Below are positions 57,067 through 64,000 of a DNA stretch of 64,000 bases, in pieces (the stretch's first letter is position 1; each line of letters opens with the position of its first letter). The notes below the pieces were generated by a model. The model saw nothing but the letters and a program-made list of their open reading frames with translations, was not told the origin of the DNA and searched no databases. Position numbers and translations under genes: made by a program. Origin of the DNA: Armatimonadota bacterium (GTDB lineage Bacteria; Armatimonadota; SYMT01); assembly GCA_046292385.1 (NCBI GenBank), contig JBKBRF010000002.1, forward strand, positions 235,653 to 299,652. Reading direction: 5' to 3'.

Positions 57067-58359
57067 CTACTCTTCGGTCTCGTCGTCCTCGACGTCTTCC
57101 TGAGTGTCGACGTCGAGATCGTCGCCGTAGTCGCCCCGCTCCTCCATCGCCTGGCGGATGGAAAGGGTGAGGCGCCGCTCTTCCGGCCGGATCTCCACTA
57201 TCTTCACCTCGACCTCGTCTCCGACCTCCACCACGTCCTCCGGTTTGTTGACCCGGCGGACAGAGAGCTCGTTGTTCGGCACGATGCCTTCGATGCCGCC
57301 CTCGAGCTGCACGAAGACTCCGAACGGAACGATGCGGGTGACGCTGCCGTTGACGATGTCGCCCGGCAGGAACTTCTCCTGGGCTTCCGTCCAGGGATCC
57401 GGCAGGATCTGGCGCAGACCCAGGGAGATGCGGTTCTGCTCCAGGTTGGTCTTGAGGACCATCACCTGGATCTCGTCCCCCACCTTCAGCACCTCGCTCG
57501 GATGCTTGATGCGGGTCCAGCTCATCTCGCTGATGTGGAGCAGGCCGTCCACGCCGCCGATGTCCACAAAGGCGCCGTAGTCGGTGATGCGGCGCACCAC
57601 GCCCGGGCGCACCTGCCCCTCGGCGAGGGTGGCCAGGGTCTCCTGGCGCTGCGCTTCCCGCTCCTCTTCCGTCGCCAGCCGGTGCGAGAGCACCACCTTG
57701 CGGCGGTCGCGGTCGACTTCGATCACCTTCAGCGGCAGCTCGGTGCCGACATACTTCTCCAGGTTCCGCGCCTGGCCGGTGCCGACGTGAGACGCAGGCA
57801 CGAAGCCGCGGATGCCGAGGTCGACCACCAGGCCGCCCTTCACGCGCTCGGTGACGCGCGCGTTCAGCTTCTCGCCCGCCTTCTGGGCCTCGATCACGCG
57901 GTCCCACGCCTTTTCGAAGTCGGCGCGCTTCTTGGAGAGGATGAGCTGGTCCGACTCGTCGTCGCCGCTGCTCAGGACGTACACGTCCACCTCACCGCCC
58001 ACCTGCACGATCGACTCCGGCCGGCGGGCCGACTCGCGGGAGAGCTCGTTCGGCGGAATCAGCCCTTCGGACTTGGTGCCCACGTCCACGAGCACCCCTT
58101 CGCGGTCGATGTAGACCACGGTCCCGCGCACCACCTCGCCTTCCTGGAGGTTGCGCAGGGCATCGCCGAAGTCGATGGCGCGCGCGCGCTCGTTCTCCGT
58201 CGGCACGTCCCCGCCCTGAGCGAGAATGGTGCCGACCGGCGGCTTCTTGCGCCCGCGTCCGTCCGCTCCTTCGGCGGGAGGAACCTGTGAAGCGGAGGAC
58301 TCCGCTTCCGTGACGGTCGCGGCTGCCGCCCCCTGCTCTTCGGTTCGCTCGTCGGTCAT
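57067..58359 (-). CDS. rpsA: 30S ribosomal protein S1 (four S1 domains)
   Basis: VDVGTKSEGLIP, VKGGLVVDLGIRGFVPAS, YGAFVDIGGVDGLLHISEMSW, FGVFVQL..GIEG. Confidence 0.95.
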   Translation of the reverse strand: MTDERTEEQGAAAATVTEAESSASQVPPAEGADGRGRKKPPVGTILAQGGDVPTENERARAIDFGDALRNLQEGEVVRGTVVYIDREGVLVDVGTKSEGLIPPNELSRESARRPESIVQVGGEVDVYVLSSGDDESDQLILSKKRADFEKAWDRVIEAQKAGEKLNARVTERVKGGLVVDLGIRGFVPASHVGTGQARNLEKYVGTELPLKVIEVDRDRRKVVLSHRLATEEEREAQRQETLATLAEGQVRPGVVRRITDYGAFVDIGGVDGLLHISEMSWTRIKHPSEVLKVGDEIQVMVLKTNLEQNRISLGLRQILPDPWTEAQEKFLPGDIVNGSVTRIVPFGVFVQLEGGIEGIVPNNELSVRRVNKPEDVVEVGDEVEVKIVEIRPEERRLTLSIRQAMEERGDYGDDLDVDTQEDVEDDETEE

Positions 58360-58442
58360 AAAGTACTGGTCTCCTTCTGGTGGATTTTGCCGGAGGGCCC
58401 CGATTCCCGGTCCTGGGATCGGCGGCGCACGCGGCAGCGCAG

Positions 58443-58451
58443 ATTATAGCA
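58443..58451 (-). promoter_or_regulatory. Extended -10 promoter for rpsA
   Basis: Minus strand reads TGCTATAAT (perfect TGn-TATAAT) about 85 nt upstream of the ATG. Confidence 0.75.
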
Positions 58452-58509
58452 TACGGCGCGCGAGAAAAAGCTACCCTCTTCACTCTAAGGATGAATGATG
58501 AGGGATCCT

Positions 58510-58949
58510 AAAGGCTAAAGGCAGAAGGCTAAAGGATGAATCCGAGCCCTCCGTGGGCGGCGGCTCGCACTCCTTCTCGTTCTCCTTCTCTTTCTCAGAA
58601 GCGATGAGGCGGGAGCGGCAGGTGGACCCTCCGGCGCGGCCTAACCCCTCAAACCCTCCCCCGTTCGGGGACAAGCCTTCCCTGAGAAGGATCGAGGATG
58701 AGGCTCCGTGAGCAGGAGCCGCCGCCGTACTTCTCCAGGCCGCCGGTGACCTGGATGGTCATCGACAACTCTTACTCGGAGGGGCGGCGGAACCGGCGGG
58801 CAATCGGAACGGGAGTCGCCCGGCGCGGTTGAGCTCAAGTGGACGTGCCGGAGAGCGAAGGTCGCCAGCGAGCAGGAGCAGGAGTAGGAGCAAGAGCAGG
58901 ACCTCCCGTTGACGGAGGGTCCGGATTTAGCCTTCTGCCTTTAGCCTTC
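58510..58949. repeat. Composite element with long imperfect terminal inverted repeats (heptamer array, hairpin, hexamer array)
   Basis: Left arm AAGGCTAAAGGCAGAAGGCTAAAGGATGAATCCGAGCCCTCCGT...CTCCTTCTC matches the reverse complement of the right arm GAGCAGGAG...ACGGAGGGTCCGGATTTAGCCTTCTGCCTTTAGCCTT. Confidence 0.8.
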
Positions 58950-61613
58950 CGTCGTCCCTTCGACGTCTCGCCAGTTGCAGCCGACCTTCACTTCCACGCG
59001 CAGCGGCACGCTCAGCTCGTAGGCTTGCTCCATCTCGCGGCAGACCAGGCGGGTCATCTCCGCTTCCTCTTCGGGGACGATCTCGAAGAGCAGCTCGTCG
59101 TGGACCTGCAGGATCATCCGGCTCCGCAGGCCGGCGGCGCGCATCGCGGCGTCGACGCGGATCATCGCGGCTTTGATGATGTCGGAGGCGGTCCCCTGCA
59201 CCGGCGCGTTGACCGCTTCCCGCTCGGCGGAGAGGCGCTCGTTCCGGTTGCCGGCGTGGATTCCGGGAGCGTAGCGCTTGCGGCGGTAGGGGGGCAGCGT
59301 GGTGACGTACCCGAGCTTCCGGGCCTGCTGCAGCGTATCTTCGGTGTAGCCGAGCACGCCGGGGAACCGCTCGAAGTAGGCCTCGATCAGTCCCTTCGCC
59401 TCTGCCACGCCGATCCGGAGCTGGCGGGAGAGGCCGTATTCCTTCTGGCCGTAGAGCACCGCGAAGTTGACCGTCTTGGCGCTGCGGCGCTGGTCCGCGG
59501 TCACCTGCTCCAGCGGGACGCCGAAGACCCGGGAAGCGGTGGCGGAGTGGACGTCGCGGTTCTCCTGAAACGCGCGGACCAGCGCCTCGTCGCGGGAGAT
59601 GTGCGCCATGATCCGCAGCTCGATCTGGCTGTAGTCGGCGGAGAGCAGCTTCATCCCGGGGGCCGGCACGAAGGCGGAGCGGATCTCGCGGCCGACCTCC
59701 GTCCGCACCGGGATGTTCTGCAGGTTCGGGTCGCTGCTGGAGAGCCGGCCGGTAGCGGCGACAGTCTGGTTCAGGTGCGTGTGGACGCGTCCGTCGCGAG
59801 GGTCGACGAGACTCCGCAGCGCGTCGGCGTAAGTCGACTTCAGCTTGGAGAGCTCCCGGTATTCCAGGATCAGCGCGGGCAGCGGGTGCGCGACGGCCAG
59901 GTCTTGCAGCACGTCGGAATCGGTGGAGTAGCCGGTCTTCGTCTTCTTGCCGGGGGGCAGGCCCTGCTCCTGGAACAGGATCTCCTGGAGCTGCTTGGGG
60001 GAGCCGAGGTTGAACGGGTGCCCCGCCAGCTCAAACGCCTGCACCTCCACCTCCTGGATGCGGCGCGCCAGCCGCTCCGAGAGGCCGCGCAGCGCCTCCG
60101 TGTCGACCGCCACCCCGAGCGCCTCCATGCGGACCAGGATCGGCACCAGCGGCAGCTCCAGCTCGTCGTAAACGGTGTCGAGGTCGTCCGCCTTCAAACG
60201 CGCGCACAGCGGCTCCCGAAGCGCCCAGACGGCCGCCGCCTCGTGCGCCGAGAGCGCCAGCTCCTCCCCGGCAGGCGCCCAGCCGAGGTGCTCCCGGGAG
60301 AGGTCGTCCAGCCGGTACGCGGCGCGGCCGGGGTTCAGCACGTAGGCCGCCAGCAGCGTATCGAAGCCAGGCGGCGACTGCGGGTATTCCCCGCCGCTGC
60401 CGGCGGCGAGCGCGTGCAGCTCCGCTTTCAGGTCGTGCGCCAGCAGCGCCACGGAGGGGTCTCGCAGCAGCTCCCGCAGCGGCTCCGGCACGCTCCAGCG
60501 CTCCACCTCCGCAAAGAGGTTGCCCTCCCCCGCCGGGGCGCCGCCCAGGAGCACCGTCTCCCCGCCCGCGCTGAGCGCCACGCCGCGCAGCACCGCCTTT
60601 CGCGAGTCGCCGCCGCCCCGGATCGTGCGCAGCGCCACGGCGCCGATCTCTCTCGCGCGCCGGCACCACTCCGCGATCTCCTCCGGCGCCTCCAGCACGC
60701 GCCAGCTCACGTCGGCTTCCCGGGCGGCGGCGACCGGCGCCGGCTCGGCGCTATCCGGCAGGCGGCGCGCGAGGGTGCGGAACTCCAGGTGCTCGAACAG
60801 CTCCCGCGCCTCCGGCGCGTCCGGGCCGGGGTAGGCCCACTCCTCCCACGGCGTCTCCAGCGGGAGGTCGGTCACCACCGTGGCAAGCTTCTTGTACAGG
60901 ACCGCCTGCTCCCGCATGCGGCAGAGGTTCTCCCGCACCTTCCCCGCCTTCACCTCTTCCGCGTGCTCCAGCAGCCGTTCCAGGCTGCCGTAGGTCTGGA
61001 GCAGGGTGGCGGCGGTCTTGTCCCCGATGCCCGGCACGCCGGGGATGTTGTCCGAGGTGTCGCCCTTCAGCGCCTTGAAGTCGGGCAGCAGCTCCGGGCC
61101 GAGGCCGAACCGCTCCCGCACCGCCGCCTCGTCGTAGAGCTGCGCGTCGGTGATGCCGCGGCGGTTGACCAGCACCTTCACGTGCTCGTTCACGAGCTGC
61201 AGCGCGTCGAGGTCGCCGGTCACCACCAGCACCTCGTACCCCGCGTCGCGCCCCCGGCAGGTGAGGGTGCCGATCACGTCGTCCGCCTCGTAGCCGGTGT
61301 GCTGGACGATCGGAATCCGGAGCACTCCCGCCACGGCACGGGCGAGCGGCCCCTGCACCGCTAGGTCGTCCGGCGTGCGGGGACGGTTCGCCTTGTAATC
61401 GGCGAAATCGGTATGGCGGAAGGTGCGCCCGCCCTCGAAGGCGAGCAGCAGGATGTCCGGCTTCTCCTCCTCAATCAGCTTGAGGAGCATCGAGGCGAAG
61501 CCGTAGACCGCGTTGGTGGGGGTGCCGTCCGCCGTGGTGAGTGCGGGCAGGGCGAAGAACGCCCGGTACAGCAGGCTGCTGCCGTCGATCACCACCAGCT
61601 TCTTCTGCGCCAC
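58941..61613 (-). CDS. polA: DNA polymerase I
   Basis: IDGSSLLYRAFFAL, YKANR, YEADDVIGTL, GDTSDNIPGVPGIG; ATGRLSSSDPNLQNIP, ADYSQIELR, AKTVNF..YG, LQVHDEL. Confidence 0.98.
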   Translation of the reverse strand: MAQKKLVVIDGSSLLYRAFFALPALTTADGTPTNAVYGFASMLLKLIEEEKPDILLLAFEGGRTFRHTDFADYKANRPRTPDDLAVQGPLARAVAGVLRIPIVQHTGYEADDVIGTLTCRGRDAGYEVLVVTGDLDALQLVNEHVKVLVNRRGITDAQLYDEAAVRERFGLGPELLPDFKALKGDTSDNIPGVPGIGDKTAATLLQTYGSLERLLEHAEEVKAGKVRENLCRMREQAVLYKKLATVVTDLPLETPWEEWAYPGPDAPEARELFEHLEFRTLARRLPDSAEPAPVAAAREADVSWRVLEAPEEIAEWCRRAREIGAVALRTIRGGGDSRKAVLRGVALSAGGETVLLGGAPAGEGNLFAEVERWSVPEPLRELLRDPSVALLAHDLKAELHALAAGSGGEYPQSPPGFDTLLAAYVLNPGRAAYRLDDLSREHLGWAPAGEELALSAHEAAAVWALREPLCARLKADDLDTVYDELELPLVPILVRMEALGVAVDTEALRGLSERLARRIQEVEVQAFELAGHPFNLGSPKQLQEILFQEQGLPPGKKTKTGYSTDSDVLQDLAVAHPLPALILEYRELSKLKSTYADALRSLVDPRDGRVHTHLNQTVAATGRLSSSDPNLQNIPVRTEVGREIRSAFVPAPGMKLLSADYSQIELRIMAHISRDEALVRAFQENRDVHSATASRVFGVPLEQVTADQRRSAKTVNFAVLYGQKEYGLSRQLRIGVAEAKGLIEAYFERFPGVLGYTEDTLQQARKLGYVTTLPPYRRKRYAPGIHAGNRNERLSAEREAVNAPVQGTASDIIKAAMIRVDAAMRAAGLRSRMILQVHDELLFEIVPEEEAEMTRLVCREMEQAYELSVPLRVEVKVGCNWRDVEGTTEG

Positions 61614-61668
61614 GGCTCCCTCGCTCTCTGCCGCGGCACCCCGGATTGCATGGCGCGGCCGGAGAATC

Positions 61669-62874
61669 TTACCGCGCCGACGCGCCCTCCGTCCCTGCCG
61701 GTGCCGCCGCGCCCACCGGCGGCGGCGCGGCGGTGAGGGAGCGCTTCAGCTCGTCGCTGCGGGTGCCGAGCCGGAGGCGCCATTCGGAGGCGGTGCGGCC
61801 GCCGGCCGGCTTCAGCTCCATGAGCTGGCCGTCGCGGAACGTCTCCGTCAGCTGGTAATCGCGCATGTAGGCGGCGTAGAGCGCCAGCGGCTCCAGCTCC
61901 GCGCGGGCGGCGGGGCTCCGCAGGCGCTCCTGGTCGAGCGCGTGGGCAAGGGTGGCGAGGCAGACCGCGTACTGGCCGCGGTACTCCGTGTTCAACACCC
62001 CTTCGGCGCCCTGCCAGCCGAGGTAGCCGAAGACCGCCCAGAAGCCGAGCTTCGAGAGCGCCACGTTCTTGATCGCGCTCAGCACCAGCCGGCCCTGGTT
62101 CTTCCGGACCGCCTGGCTGATGGTGGGCCAGAGGCCGCGGCGGACCTCCTCGAACTCCGCGCGGGCGAGATGATAGCCGTCCCGCATCGCCGGGTCGGTG
62201 CCCGGCGCGTCGAGCTTCAGCGCGGCGCCGAGGCGGAGCAGCCGCTGCTCCGCCTCATCGGTGGCGAGCGCGCGGAGCTGGAGGGAGGCGGCGACCGGCT
62301 CCGCGATCAGCTTCACGGCGTCCTCCCCGCCCACACCCGGGATGCCGTCCTGCAGTGCGCGGGTCACCGCCACCACGTGGGAGTGACCGGGCATGCCTTT
62401 CAGGCGCGCCGTGATTCCGTCGAGCGCGCCGGAGACGCCGGCCGGCAGTCCCAGTCCCGGGATCACCGCCGGAGGCGCCGGCTCCGCCGCTCCCGGCTTC
62501 GCCGGCCCGCCGCCGAGCCACTCGAGCTGCTTCACCAGGGAGTCCCAGGCGTTCGCCCGGGGATGCAGCGTGGAGCGGGTCGCCAGCTCCAGGAAGGCGT
62601 CGCGGTAGAGGTCGCGCCGCCGCTCCCGGCTGTGGAGCGTCAGCGGCCGCCACCCGTAGAGCCGGAACCGGTTCGCGGGCCGGTGCAGCGCCGCGGGCAC
62701 CCGCACCGTCACCGCGGCGCCGCGACTGTCTTTGAACGAGACCGCGGGCGCCTCCGCCTCCGGAGACAGCGCGGCGGGAGCCGCCGGCGACTGCGCCTGG
62801 GCCGCCCCCGCGCCAAGCGCCAGCACGGCGCCGGCGAGCCAACTCAGCCGGGTGAAGATCGATGAACGCAGCAT
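61669..62874 (-). CDS. Exported helical hypothetical protein
   Basis: Signal peptide (WLAGAVLALGAGAAQA); no recognised motif; fills the gap co-oriented with polA. Confidence 0.6.
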   Translation of the reverse strand: MLRSSIFTRLSWLAGAVLALGAGAAQAQSPAAPAALSPEAEAPAVSFKDSRGAAVTVRVPAALHRPANRFRLYGWRPLTLHSRERRRDLYRDAFLELATRSTLHPRANAWDSLVKQLEWLGGGPAKPGAAEPAPPAVIPGLGLPAGVSGALDGITARLKGMPGHSHVVAVTRALQDGIPGVGGEDAVKLIAEPVAASLQLRALATDEAEQRLLRLGAALKLDAPGTDPAMRDGYHLARAEFEEVRRGLWPTISQAVRKNQGRLVLSAIKNVALSKLGFWAVFGYLGWQGAEGVLNTEYRGQYAVCLATLAHALDQERLRSPAARAELEPLALYAAYMRDYQLTETFRDGQLMELKPAGGRTASEWRLRLGTRSDELKRSLTAAPPPVGAAAPAGTEGASAR

Positions 62875-62887
62875 AGTTGAGAACCTT

Positions 62888-63081
62888 TAGGGTCTAGGGG
62901 ATAGGGTCCAGGGTCTAGGGGTCCGGGCCTGCGGATGGGGTGCGGAGTGAACTCCGCGGTTGGCTCCGCCGGCAGTCAACTGCCGGCGATCTTACGCTGC
63001 ATACCGGGTGAAAAAGGCGCCGCTCGCACGGCAACTCCCGCTCCCGCAGTACCTACATCCTATCCCCTATACCCTAGACCC
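62888..63081. repeat. Telomere-like TAGGGNN array and inverted CCCTA array
   Basis: TTAGGGTCTAGGGGATAGGGTCCAGGGTCTAGGGG (about 62888-62921); CTACATCCTATCCCCTATACCCTAGACCCT (about 63052-63081). Confidence 0.85.
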
Positions 63082-63085
63082 TCTC

Positions 63086-64000
63086 CTATTCGTCGGACAC
63101 CGCCTGCGGCAGCTTCAGGGCGGGGAGGGCTGCGCGCGCTCCGGCGGTGACGGTCACCTCTACCGGCTTCGGCTCCTGGGCCGACGGGGTGCCGAGCGGG
63201 TCGAGGCGGAAGACCTGTCGGACGCGATAGACTCCCGGGTCCACGTGGAGCAGCCGGCCTTCGCCGCGGGCGTCGGTCACCACGGAGACCCAGCGCCAGG
63301 GGCTCCAGCCAGCGCCGGTTTTGCGGGAGAGCGCCAGGGAGAGCTCTCCTTCCACCGGAGCGCCGCCGCGGTCGGTCACCTTCGCCACCACGCTGCCTCC
63401 CTTCTCCGCGTGGAACGGGTGGTCCGGCGAAAGCACGGGAACCGCGGAGCGGCCGGGCAGCGGAATATCGGTCACCTGGAACGGAATCCGGCGGTCCGGC
63501 TGCTCCTTGAGGAACAGCTCGTAGACCAGCCGCGCGGGCTTCGCCTCCACACCCTCGAAGCGGAAGAGCTGCTCCCGCTCCACCCGCGCGTCCTGGTCGG
63601 TGCTCAGCTTCACCTCGCGCTGCAGCGGGTCGCGGTAGACGCGGCCGTTCGCGTCGACGAGGTAGGGGATCACGCGGCGGCTGATGCCCCGGCCCGCCAG
63701 GTAGGCGCTGCGCGGCCACGACTGCCGCACCGTCGCGGTGTAGTCTTTCCCCTCGTCGTCCCTCCGCACCAGCTCCAGCGGCCCGAAGCGCTGCACCGCC
63801 ATCCGCACGTCCCGCTGCTCCAGCATCCGGCTCCCTTCGGCGACGGCACCGTCGTCCGCGATCGGGAACTCAAACTTCAGGGGCGTGACCGTGCGGAAGA
63901 GCACCAGGCTCCCCTTCATGGAGCGGATCCGCGCGGCGCGGTCGTCCCGCGGGTGCAGCGGAAGCTGGTGCGTGTACTCGGTGAGCCGCACGCGCGGCCG
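63086..64000 (-). CDS. Hypothetical protein (5' end probably outside the window) with a carboxypeptidase-regulatory-like C-terminal segment
   Basis: Frame stays open to the window edge; GSVVAKVTDRGGAPVEG...TDARG...VDPGVYRV. Confidence 0.55.
   Translation of the reverse strand, partial: RPRVRLTEYTHQLPLHPRDDRAARIRSMKGSLVLFRTVTPLKFEFPIADDGAVAEGSRMLEQRDVRMAVQRFGPLELVRRDDEGKDYTATVRQSWPRSAYLAGRGISRRVIPYLVDANGRVYRDPLQREVKLSTDQDARVEREQLFRFEGVEAKPARLVYELFLKEQPDRRIPFQVTDIPLPGRSAVPVLSPDHPFHAEKGGSVVAKVTDRGGAPVEGELSLALSRKTGAGWSPWRWVSVVTDARGEGRLLHVDPGVYRVRQVFRLDPLGTPSAQEPKPVEVTVTAGARAALPALKLPQAVSDE

Noticed and set aside
1..64000. tRNA, rRNA, integrase or transposase genes
   Set aside because: None was recognised by eye; a covariance-model scan could not be run.

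Overview
A very GC-rich bacterial chromosomal window. The gene content suggests a Terrabacteria-type diderm such as Armatimonadota; this is inference from the polA-rpsA-coaE order, a four-domain S1 protein, planctomycete-like DUF1549/DUF1553 and DUF1501 genes, and many secreted proteins. About 45 CDS are supported. Housekeeping genes include polA, rpsA, coaE, rnc and two tandem lepB. Metabolic genes include a CymR-like Rrf2-cysK-sat-SLC13 sulfur cluster, putA, a carbohydrate ABC transporter and sugar-catabolic genes. Others include a type IB topoisomerase, two tandem ankyrin genes and a TIGR02587/TIGR02588-like pair. No rRNA, tRNA, CRISPR array or transposase was recognised. Two things stand out. 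(1) A 15-kb, five-gene co-oriented cluster (41194-56094) of exported proteins: two CsgG/FlgT-like proteins, a subtilase, a 2142-aa multi-repeat protein and a 684-aa protein. The last three share an unnamed 'GWN' domain, and strong stem-loops sit at most junctions. This is a candidate undescribed cell-surface assembly or secretion system. (2) Many intergenic spacers carry degenerate 6-8-nt tandem repeats, often as inverted pairs. These include telomere-like TAGGGNN arrays with G-quadruplex pattern, several REP-like palindrome families, and a composite MITE-like structure between rpsA and polA. All family assignments come from motifs read by eye, not from database searches.
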